The notes beneath the pieces were generated by a model. That model was not told the DNA's origin. It did not search any database and saw only the letters and a program-made list of their open reading frames with translations. Source: Podarcis filfolensis (taxonomy: Eukaryota). Taken from it: a stretch of 64,000 bases of DNA. Positions 11,101 to 20,500 of the stretch are shown here, one piece after another. The position numbers and the translations under genes are program-made. The DNA is taken from NCBI GenBank assembly GCA_964270895.1, contig OZ185437.1, one strand, 5' to 3'. The first letter of the stretch is position 1, and each line of letters starts with the position of its first letter.

Positions 11101-12906
11101 ATATATGATATTTTAACTGATTTTTACACCTCTTAAGGAAGGGTATTTGGAGTATTTGAGGAGGCTGTCCATAGTGGTTACCTGGAGAGAGAGAAGTAAA
11201 GCAATTTTTGTTGTAAGCTTCCTGGCCCAACAATTTTTAAAACTGCTAAGAATCCCTAATACATCTGAGTTTCTAGCTGAACAGGTTAGCACCTATTTTC
11301 TACAAACAATGGCTGCAAACGGTTGGCTCATGTAACATTTTGGAGTTCTTTCAGCAGCATATAATGTTTTGCACATTTTCATAATTAGTCTCAGGAATCA
11401 GATTGTTTTAATCCAAAAGGGGAACCATGTGCTACCACAGTTATACATAAGTTATGTTTGTGACACTGCTTTTTAATGGGCTAAAACTACTATGTGCAAG
11501 AGCTCCTTTTCCCATATTGACACACCATTGCTATAAGATCAGCAGATCAGGCACTCCTCATCTAATATGGTGCAAGAGTCAAGAAAAGGCCCTTTTCGGT
11601 GGTGGATCCTTGCACCTTGGGATCCTTCCACATGCATCTTGCCTTTACAGATCCAAGTAGCTAGTAAACACAGCTTTTCAGCGGGTAATTGGAGGAGATG
11701 AGACCTGATTGTTACTGTGATGAAAAACTGTTATTCAGTGATTTGTTGTATGTTTTTAATGGATTTTACATATCCTTATTTACTTGCTTTGATTTTAAAC
11801 TATCCTGTGGCCTACCTCGAAGGTGAAAGATCCACACCCTCACACTCCAGTGATAATTTCAATGCAAACTTAACATTCAATAGAATAAGCTAGTGACATG
11901 AGGATCAGACAACTTGGTTGGGGCTGTGAAAATTCATCCAAAGTTAGATGGCAAAGCTATTTACCCACCTTCTACTGCATTAGCAGCACACCCTTGCACC
12001 TTGCAAAATTGCATAACCAGCAAATCGAGGGCCCTGTTCCCAAGGACCTTACAATCAACAGACAGCGGGGAAACACTACAATGGCAGGGGCAGGCAAATG
12101 CGACGAAACCTATCTAGAGCTTTGGCTGTAATCCGTGACAGCTGAAACAATGGGGTAAAAGGAAAAGTTAAGCTCACCAGGCATGAATGCAACAGGTGCT
12201 GTTTTCTGCTATGTCAATTGGTAGGGCTGTAACTGGTAGGGTTTTTCCTAAACAAAAAAACTCAGTAACTTCCAGGGTGTCCTGGTTTTTTTTACTTTTA
12301 GAAATATGGCAGCCCTACCAGAGGAAGCCCCGCTTGCTAGGGTTGCCGCCTGCCCTGTACAATACAGGATTGTCCCCTATTCGGATCTGAAATGCTGCGT
12401 CCTGTATTGATACACTTTTGTCTTCTCTCTCTTGCTCTCTCTCGTTAGGGATCCTCTCCAAATGCATGTGAAAGGTCCTGTATTTAAGCCAAGCGCAGAC
12501 AGATTTACAAATCCATTTGTAGGGTGGGTGGGTCGGTGTGACCAATTCCAAAAGGATCGTCCTGGTAGGCTGCAGCAGATTGTAATTAAATGCTTTGAAG
12601 TCACTTCAGCACCAGATTTGGGGGCGGGGGGGGGGGAATCGGCTCCCCAAGCCTTTTACCAGAGCAAAGGTGCCAATTCCGCAGGGATAACAAGGAGCCA
12701 CCCAGCCGGAGATACGTGCGGAAGTAGCCCGTCAGCATGCAAGAACACCGAAGGTAGGGCAGGACCCCAAAGCCACGGCGAAGCGCAAAGGCTTACTCAC
12801 AGGAACTCAGGGCGCGCCGGCAAGCCGCCCAGCCTCCCGCCATCTCCCCGCGGAAGACCCACAGCCGCCTGGCCCGGCTGAGGCAGCCGCTCTGCCAGCC
12901 CTTCAT
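4968..12906 (-). CDS. COQ3: Ubiquinone biosynthesis O-methyltransferase, mitochondrial; complete spliced CDS, join of 12801-12906, 11070-11181, 9928-10080, 9254-9353, 8164-8406, 6569-6728, 4968-5173 (1080 nt, 359 aa)
   Basis: Manual exon assembly, all GT-AG and frame-consistent. Contains SAM-binding motif ILDVGCGGG, plus HKWWDEHGDYAALHSMNDIRVPFIR, FDVIVASEVVEHV and PEGSLFITTINK, all typical of COQ3/UbiG. The Arg-rich N-terminus resembles a mitochondrial presequence. Confidence 0.96.
6158..6392 (-). mobile_element. tRNA-CORE SINE (Squam3-like), near full length
   Basis: Head GAGCCAGTGTGGTGTAGTGGTTAAGAGC with an A box and a degenerate B box; CORE-like GGGTGACCTTGGGCTAGTCAC; probable TSD T(T/A)GATTTAG. 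Confidence 0.8.
6569..6728 (-). CDS. COQ3: COQ3 coding exon 6 (PEGSLFITTINKSQLSYIFGIVVAERVLGIVPTGTHDWEKFIPPEELERLLES)
   Basis: Acceptor TTGTTTAAG, donor A|GTAAGT; 160 nt. Confidence 0.96.
7622..7866. mobile_element. Tc1/mariner MITE, family A (diverged)
   Basis: CAGTCATACCTC...GAGGTACCACTG; similar to 1616-1861 in reverse orientation. Confidence 0.8.
8164..8406 (-). CDS. COQ3: COQ3 coding exon 5 (PLGRLGASVTGIDPLEDSIRTAELHKSFDPVLAKRVQYKSCTLEDIVEEASDTFDVIVASEVVEHVADVEMFIRCCSKVLK)
   Basis: Acceptor TCTTAG, donor AAA|GTGAGT; 243 nt. Confidence 0.96.
8745..8838. repeat. Perfect 47-bp tandem duplication
   Basis: TGAGAAGTAAATCATGCATAAGGCTTCAATCCTGTCAGCACCTACTT at 8745-8791 and 8792-8838. Confidence 0.95.
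9254..9353 (-). CDS. COQ3: COQ3 coding exon 4 (DTVLNMRNDHQPGSPLSGVKILDVGCGGGLLTE)
   Basis: SAM-binding motif I; acceptor TTTGTGTAAG, donor GAG|GTAGG; 100 nt. Confidence 0.95.
9928..10080 (-). CDS. COQ3: COQ3 coding exon 3 (LLTERHYSMSQTTVDPKEMKKFQLLAHKWWDEHGDYAALHSMNDIRVPFIR)
   Basis: Acceptor TGTTTAG, donor AG|GTAAG; 153 nt. Confidence 0.96.
11070..11181 (-). CDS. COQ3: COQ3 coding exon 2 (CNHYGQPPQILQIPFLKRCKNQLKYHIFVSLIQARNTM), poorly conserved presequence region
   Basis: Strong acceptor TTCTCTCTCTCCAG and donor AT|GTGAGT; 112 nt, open, bridges phase 1 to phase 2 exactly. Confidence 0.8.
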
Positions 12907-13140
12907 GGCTCAAGCTGATCTCCGCGCGGTGCCACTCTCAGGCGGGGCTCCACCTCCCGGTCCCTGCACCTACCAATAGGGCTCGCCGTTTCCAGCCACA
13001 ACCCGCGCTCAGCTTCCGGTTCCGGCGAGAAGAGACGCAGCTTTTAGGAATAGCGCCACGGTCATCCTGAAAGGCTGCTGGGGGAAACAGCCCTGCAGCA
13101 AAGTCAGACTGTAGCCCTGCTCGCGGGTGGCGAGGAAGCC
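12700..13140 (-). promoter_or_regulatory. COQ3 CpG-island promoter with tandem ETS/GABP-like motif and CCAAT
   Basis: CpG/GC-rich stretch over exon 1; CCGGAACCGGAAG on minus at 13013-13025; CCAAT at 12973-12977. GABP/NRF-2 sites are typical of nuclear-encoded mitochondrial genes. Confidence 0.75.
12801..12906 (-). CDS. COQ3: COQ3 coding exon 1 (MKGWQSGCLSRARRLWVFRGEMAGGWAACRRALSS)
   Basis: ATG at 12906 inside the CpG island; donor T|GTGAGT; 106 nt, ends in phase 1. Confidence 0.85.
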
Positions 13141-13149
13141 GCTTTTTTG

Positions 13150-13800
13150 AGCAGTTTATTTGTTAGTTTATTTAAAAAATATATATTTATGTACCGCTGT
13201 GTCATTAAAAAACAAACAAACCACACACACCCAAATCGGTTAGCAGCAATAAAACATAAAACCATACAATAAAAGACAAATAGGAAAAAGTTAAGAACAC
13301 AGGCATCAATTTACTACTGTGGGAAGGATGCATTCTTAATTTTCTTCATAGGCCTGAATAGAGAAGTTTACACCAAGGCTGACACAGAAGGAGCTTGCTG
13401 AATAATGGCAGATCATTCCACAGGACTGGGCAGATGACACCAAAGGTTCCCTTTGTTATTGTCCAAGGAGCCGCCCCAACTTGGGGAGTGACAGACGATG
13501 CTCCTGCAGATGATCTCTGGGATATAAGGATTCAGGCAATTCCTGAGGTACCCTGGACCTAAATTAGTGCAAGAACCTTGAACCTGGTTCCACAGTAAGT
13601 GAGCAGTCAAAGCAGCTGTTTTAGCAATGGCATCACAGGTTCTTGACCAGAAGCTTCTGTCAGCTTCATTCTGCACCTGTTGGGAGTTTCCAAACCAGAC
13701 CAAGGGCAGGTCCACATAGAACACATTACAGTAATCCAGCCTCGAGGTTACCAATACATGGACAACAGCAGCCAAGTTATCCCTGTCCAGGAATAACTAT
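13150..13800 (-). mobile_element. Degenerate L2-clade LINE 3' fragment
   Basis: Translation VHVLVTSRLDYCNVFY...QVQN...LGPGYLRNCL is typical of the L2 RT C-terminus; AT-rich tail toward 13150. Confidence 0.8.
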
Positions 13801-14529
13801 AGTTGGTGAATCAGACAAAGCTGGTAAAAAGTTTAAAGGGGGGTGACTCTTGTTTTAGGTCTTTCTCAGCAATCATCAGTCTCTGTTCTAGCCTTTCCTT
13901 ATTGCAACGTTTCAATATATATTTCGTAAAGTGGAGAATAAAATGGCTGGAGCAACAAATGTATATTTTAATTTGTACAGTAGGCTAATTTCACCAGCCA
14001 AGCACTCGAGTGTGGCCTGGCTCGCAGATCGATGTTCCCTTCCTGCCTTTATGGCTTGCACATGAGGGGAGAAAAAACTTCTGGTTGTTTACAATCTTGT
14101 ACATGGGATGGTTCTCCGTGAGACCTTCAACCTCCAATAACTCTTCAATTGTCTCTTCATTCAGCACAGAGAATAGACTCTTATCTAGGCAACTGTTTTG
14201 ATTCCACAAGCACTAGAATAATTGGCAGGGTGTGTAAGAAAGGTGATTAAATTATAAGAAGGTAGGTAACTGATTGTATGGGCTGGTGATGGCACAAGGC
14301 ACTAAAACCCAAATAGGCCCAGACAGCCTCCTTCTCTCACTTCTTTGGATCCAAGTCAATATGTTTATCATATTCTGTAGAAAAATTAATTATAGCTCCA
14401 GTAAAGGAAACTCAATTTACTTAAAGGCTCATTGTGACAAGAGTTTGGTCCCACCATTCTCTCTGTGATGTGTTATATAGACCATTAAGTAAAACCTATG
14501 AACCTTTTAAATAGGAAGAGTATGCTCTC

Positions 14530-14535
14530 TTTATT
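14530..14535 (-). terminator. Candidate PNISR distal poly(A) signal AATAAA
   Basis: AATAAA ending about 1.3 kb of AT-rich, UTR-like sequence with no recognised repeats. Confidence 0.4.
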
Positions 14536-15812
14536 GGCATACAGACATTACTGAAATTAGTGCACTTGTGTGAATGAAATTTCCATTGATACAGGGAGTG
14601 ACAAATCCAGCTGGTGTAGTATATAAAAAGCTTCATGCACAATCTTGTTTACTTAACAAATAGAAGTCTAGTTTAAAAAGTGGATGCAGTAGATCATAGA
14701 AAGCTGTATTCCTCAGTACTTCATTTTAAAATAAATGGGAGCACTGAAAAAAATCTTTGCCCCCACTGTTTTAATTTTTGAACCAAATCTCTCAGATTCT
14801 TAGTTATCTAAAAACCAGTTTATCCTTAGAGCTTGTTTCTCTTCTTTCGTTTAAAACTACAGTAGGTTGAATTCATGGAGAAAGGGATGGGAGGACTCTG
14901 GGCAACATAATTGTTTGGTGCAGTTCTTTTTATGCAATATTTACTGGAAGATTTAATGGAACATTCCCAATTGCATATGCCACTGCATTCGTTAGCCATT
15001 TTTAAAGGGTATATTTAGTCAGCAGAATTATATTTAAAAACCAAAAAGCATAATACCCCTCATCAGAATGTATTATTTGACATTTTGAAGTTCCCAAGAA
15101 CTCAAAATGTTTGTTGACAGTTGTTTGGGATGGGCAGGTTGTAAATTTGCAGTTTGCAAATGCCTGTTTTTACGAGTTCAGTTCTATCAGCCAAAAGACC
15201 ATCTCTCTAGATGGTTAATATGTTGGAAAAAGAAGTTTAAAAACTGTCTTGTTTTTTAAAGTGAAACCATATTTCTAGTAATAAGTTGCAAGACCAGACC
15301 TAGTTATTTTTATGAACCTTCTGTATCACAGAGTTATTTAATGCAGAAGTTATAGAGTAATAAAACAAATGAATCCAAAATAGATTCTAGCTTCTCTAAC
15401 CATATGAACCATTATAGAGTGTGCTTTTTAACACAGAAGTAGGATATTGAGGAATAGAGTTTCAAAGTTACAAACTCACATCATACATGTTGTTTACTTG
15501 CACTTCGCTACTATTTGTGCTTGGCTAATATTGGTATGTTGTACAATAAGAATTATGCACATTTTAGTCACAGACAGTAGGATGATAATTCAATAAATGT
15601 TTTTTAAAAACAAAACCCTACAGTTCATTTTAACAATTCTTTTGCCCAGGTACTGACCGACCTTGAATTATCCAAGGAGGAAACTTAAAACACTGAGAAA
15701 ATTTAAAACTGACAAACTGTTCAGTATTTTACAAAAGTGTATTGTAAAAAAAAAAAAGTAATTTAAAATAAATTAAAATACAAGAATTTAAACAAAAAAT
15801 GAACTAAAGAAC

Positions 15813-15818
15813 TTTATT
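15813..15818 (-). terminator. PNISR proximal poly(A) signal AATAAA
   Basis: AATAAA with an upstream UGUA and a downstream U-rich tract on the minus strand. Confidence 0.65.
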
Positions 15819-16121
15819 GACATCACAGTACATTCAATAGCAATTTTAAGAACATTACAGCTGAAAGAGAATGGCATATTTCATAGTCTTAGTAAGCACT
15901 ACTAAGGAAAAATGTAAATACAAAGAAATCCTAGCAAGTACTTAACTCCGAGCAGCGTTTCCCAAAAATACAGCTATTTACAGATTATTTTTTTAAAAAG
16001 GAGGGTTCAGCTTTCACCTACACAGCCACAACTGTAGCCTCTATAATGAGCCTCTATAATGAGACAAGCCCTTAAAAACTCATGGAATTTTTAAATCGTA
16101 TGACTAGTGCCATATCATTCC

Positions 16122-16152
16122 TCAGCGTTTACGACGTGGAGGAGTCATTGAT
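16122..16152 (-). CDS. PNISR: Predicted alternative terminal PNISR exon (R)SMTPPRRKR*
   Basis: Very strong acceptor TTTCTCTTTATTTTTCAG at 16153, joinable in frame to donor AG|GTAGTA inside the last codon. Confidence 0.7.
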
Positions 16153-16398
16153 CTGAAAAATAAAGAGAAAGGGAGGGAAATTAAAGAGGAAAAGAACTAT
16201 CAAAAAACACACACGTTAGGCTTAAAAACTTAAATTTTCTTAGTTGGAAATCAATGCTATCAAAGTCGTTCCCATCCGCCGCCACCCCCACCCCACCGAG
16301 AATAATCTAGCTTAACTTGTAAAATATATAGTTGCAGGCATGATGATGAACAAAAACAGAAATAAATACATAAATCAAACAAGATACTTAAAAGAATA

Positions 16399-17516
16399 CT
16401 ACCTTGATCGTGATTTAGACTTGTGTTTGCGGCTTGCCTTCTTACCAGACCTTTGAGATTTCTCCACGGACCGCGACCGACTATGCTTTGCTTTCTTAGA
16501 CTTCTTTTCTTTGCTGCTGCCTGGTGACTCAGAACTGCTCCTTGTGCTAGATTCCGAACCTGAGTGCTTTTTGCTCTCTTTGGTAGAACTTTTCTTGCTT
16601 TCCTGCCTAGAATCATGCCTTAATGTTTTTGAGGAAACTGAATCGCTACGAGAGACCGTTCTTTCACTATCTCTTTTCCTCTTTAATCTCTCATCATGAT
16701 TGCCAGCTTTACTGTCTTTTTCTTCTTTTCTCTGTTTCTCTTTGCGCTTCTCCTGGTCTCTCTCCCTCTCTCTGTTCTTTTTCTTGTCTTTTTCTAGGCT
16801 CCTGCTGCGTTCCTTTTTCCTCTCCTGAACTTTACTATCGTGGCTGTGTTTGTGCCTGTTTCCACTTTCACTTCTACGCTGGTCCTCACTTTTACGCCTA
16901 TCTCGACTCCCACTACGAGTGGAAAGGCTAGCAAGTCTATCCCTTGAGTGACTATCACTTCTACGCCTCTCCCAGTTTCGGTCATGGGAAGGACTACGAT
17001 TTCGCCTCCTCTCCCCCCTGTCTGCACTCCTATGTCTACTAGATCTCCGCCTTTCTCTTACCTTGCCCCTACTCCTGCTCCTCTCTCTCCTGTTTCTGTG
17101 AGAATAGCTCCTGCTTCTGCTGCGCCTAACCTTATGTGAAGGTGATCTACTGTGGCTACGCCTCTTTTTCCTTTTAGGGGAAGAAGAATGTGAAGAGCTG
17201 CGACTGCTGCCAGAGCTACTGCTATAGGATGAACTAGAGGCTGTGCTGCTGCTACTACTGCTACTACTTCTGCTGTTGGCACTCGAACTACCACTGCTTG
17301 AACTTTTTGACCTACTCCTCCCTATTCTCTCTTTTTCTTTAACCTCTTTTTTGGGTTCAGCATCTGGTGTCATTTGCTTTGGAGATTTTTTCTTTTCACT
17401 GAACACATCCGCCTCCACCTCTTCTTTTGCATCCTCTGGTGGTGAACTGCTGTTTTGCTCTTTACTGGTGAGTTCACTCATCTCTTTAGCAATTTTCTCA
17501 TTCTGGAGCTTTTCTT
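16399..17516 (-). CDS. PNISR: PNISR last coding exon, RS/Ser/Lys-rich domain
   Basis: Acceptor TACTTCGGCAG; long open frame with a poly-Ser tract and RS dipeptides; TAG at 16399-16401. Confidence 0.96.
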
Positions 17517-20500
17517 CTGCCGAAGTAAGTGCATAAAAGAAACAAATACAAAAATACAAAAATCACGCCAAGCAAGATGGCAGAGATACAAGAAATCTCT
17601 CCCTACCGTCCACTAATGGCCAGTGTATCAACAAGGCAACATAGTATAACATTACTTCTTTTATATTACTTCTTTTCTGTAGCTATTTGAAAGTCAATGG
17701 AGCTTATTTACAAGTGAACATGAATTAGATTGGGTTTTTAATCATCAATAATTCCCTTTTTAATAGGGTTTTGAAGCAAGTATATAAATGGAACCTAAAC
17801 AATAATCACAATAAATATCTATGAAATATCTCTGTTGCCATGGGCAACTGTAAACTGGCAGTCTCAATGAATTCAGAGGAATCTTTGTAATATGTGTGTT
17901 CCTGGAATCTCTGTACTGGAAAGTGTGTGCCTTTCCCCAAGGATTTCTTCATGCTATAGCTAATTCTGCCTCTATTCTATCCAAAGATTCTAGCAGATTC
18001 TTTACTTGTTACATTCTGGATGTGAGCCAGTCCTTGTGTATCCAACTCTTAACAGATCTTAGGAATTACAATGGCCAAGGCCTCTGCTTATGAAATTTTA
18101 CTATCTGTGTTATTGACAGAGGTGAGGTCACCTAAAGATAAAACTATTTGGAGTTGTGAACTAGTATCAAAGCACAGAGAAAACCCCAAATTCCTCAGTT
18201 ACCTGTAATGTACTCTATAGCTCAGGCTTGTGTACATGGTGCATTATTCTGCGCTTGGCTCTCAGGTTGCAAGTTAGGGTACAAGCTGGCACATAAGTCT
18301 GAGAGGTTGGAAACCACTGCTGCTGTCGTCAATTCTGAACCAAACACACATCCTACCTTCCAGCTGTTTCTCTAGCAATAGCTGCTGTTCTCTCTCCTTT
18401 CTCCAAAATGCTTCTTGTTTTTGCCTGATTCTGTGTCGCAGTTCCTCGTCATCAGTATCGGATGACTCAGAGCCTCTGTCGCTCCTCTCATCGTCACTGT
18501 CTCCTGATCCATAACCACCCAGTCCACCTGCGTGCATAAAGCCTAGTCTATCACGAGGGAAGATTAATCCTGGTTCTTAATATTTCTGCAGGGCAAAGAG
18601 GAGAGTATATTGCCCATCTTTCACTTCTTCACTGAAGAAGCCACTTATTCTGGAGGAAGTGCCAAAGGTGGTTGACTGGATGTTCAAGGCCCACACATTT
18701 GACCTGCTGTTCAGTATCTGGTTTTACTTCTTCCGGAATAGCTTGCCATGTTTTCCAGCAAGCAATCGCTATGGTTACATACTTTCCCGTTAAGTATATG
18801 GGTAAAAAAGCTCTTTACAGAGCCAGTACCAAATGCTTAGTGTACATCAGCAAGAGCATATACACAGGAGTGCAGTGCCTAAGACCTGTCCCTGAAGACA
18901 TCTTTGCAATGATTTCAGCCAGCTTCAATATCCAGGGCTTTAAAAAGTCCCAAATGCCAATCAATTTTCTACTGTTCAGAAAAGACTGTACATTAAAGAG
19001 GTACAGGTATGGAATAGGAATGGACTTCTCTTCCCCCAAAAGATAGATCTGGAAAAACTAACAGGACTAGCAGAAAGTAATACTGAACATCTGATACAGA
19101 AGCATTCTTACTTTCTTTTTTATGTTCTCTTCAGTATTAGTTGACTAATACATTTAAGCTAACGTGAAAGATTTTTTTACTAGTAGTAAAAATATTTAAT
19201 ATAACAAGTTACTAAAATTGTATAATGTTACACTGATATTTCAAACATTTTTTTAAAAACTATTACATCTCAGAATGTAATTCTTAATTTCATATCCAGC
19301 ATATCCCAATATTACACTAACTGCTGGCTATGAGAACTCAAAACATACATTTGTTGTGTGGACTGCTGGCAGGACAAAACTGTAGATTTTTATTGGTTTC
19401 TTTTATCAAAGCACACACTAATAGCTGAATTAAAAACAGGAGAAAAATTCCTCCAAATTCACTTTATTTAGATACTGTAGTAGCTATCTGGTGCAAAACA
19501 TTTCATTTACAGGACAGGCTTACATTATGTTTACAATGGAAATAACACCACTGTACAATTTCGCGTATTTTAATAGGTTTATTTGCAAGATAAGCCCTTT
19601 CTAAGAAACACAAAAGTTATCAGATGCTTGCCTATTGCATGTTGGGCAGTTTCAATACATATTTAGAAATGCAAGCCAGAGCAATCTCCCCATTAAGTCC
19701 CTCTCAAAACTGGGAACATACTTACCAAGTCCAGTNNNNNNNNNNNNNNNNNNNNNNNNNNNNNNNNNNNNNNNNNNNNNNNNNNNNNNNNNNNNNNNNN
19801 NNNNNNNNNNNNNNNNNNNNNNNNNNNNNNNNNNNNNNNNNNNNNNNNNNNNNNNNNNNNNNNNNNNNNNNNNNNNNNNNNNNNNNNNNNNNNAGAAAAA
19901 ACATTAAAAACGTAATCCATTGAAAACCCAGTTATTTTCTGGCCACGAATGTTTAGAAATTTAAACTGTGAATTAATAGTGGATAGATCAGTTTCTTATA
20001 GTTATACATTTCCAAGTTAATAAATTTCATCTGCACAGAACTGTATATAATTATTTACTCACAACTACATGGAATAAAGCTGCCTATTTTCGTAAAAAGA
20101 AAATAGCTGGCTAACAGTGAAAGCAAATTCATTCATAATTCAAGTATGCCTTAAGTTTTACTCAGCTAAATTTGAACTACAATTATCTAAAATATGTAAA
20201 CATTTAAAATAAATAAATGACATTCTATAGGAAAGAAATGGAATAACTGAAGTTAACTCACAATACACTGCACAGAACAATACACTGCACAGGACAATAG
20301 TATATGATTATTACAACTGAATTTTTGCAACTTTTCTTCCTTAACATACAGACTGCTTTTAGGTACAGATACTATGGATTTAAATGTTCTAGGACATGCA
20401 AAAGGATATTTAATTAAAGTACTAGAAAGCCTAAACATACCTTTTATTGCTTTACGATGGGCATCTTTAGCCACGTAATATATTTCTTCATTTGTGACAT

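Noticed and set aside
16260-17536. Several overlapping ORFs in other frames and on the plus strand over the PNISR RS exon
   Set aside because: Shadow ORFs caused by low-complexity, stop-poor RS/Ser codons.
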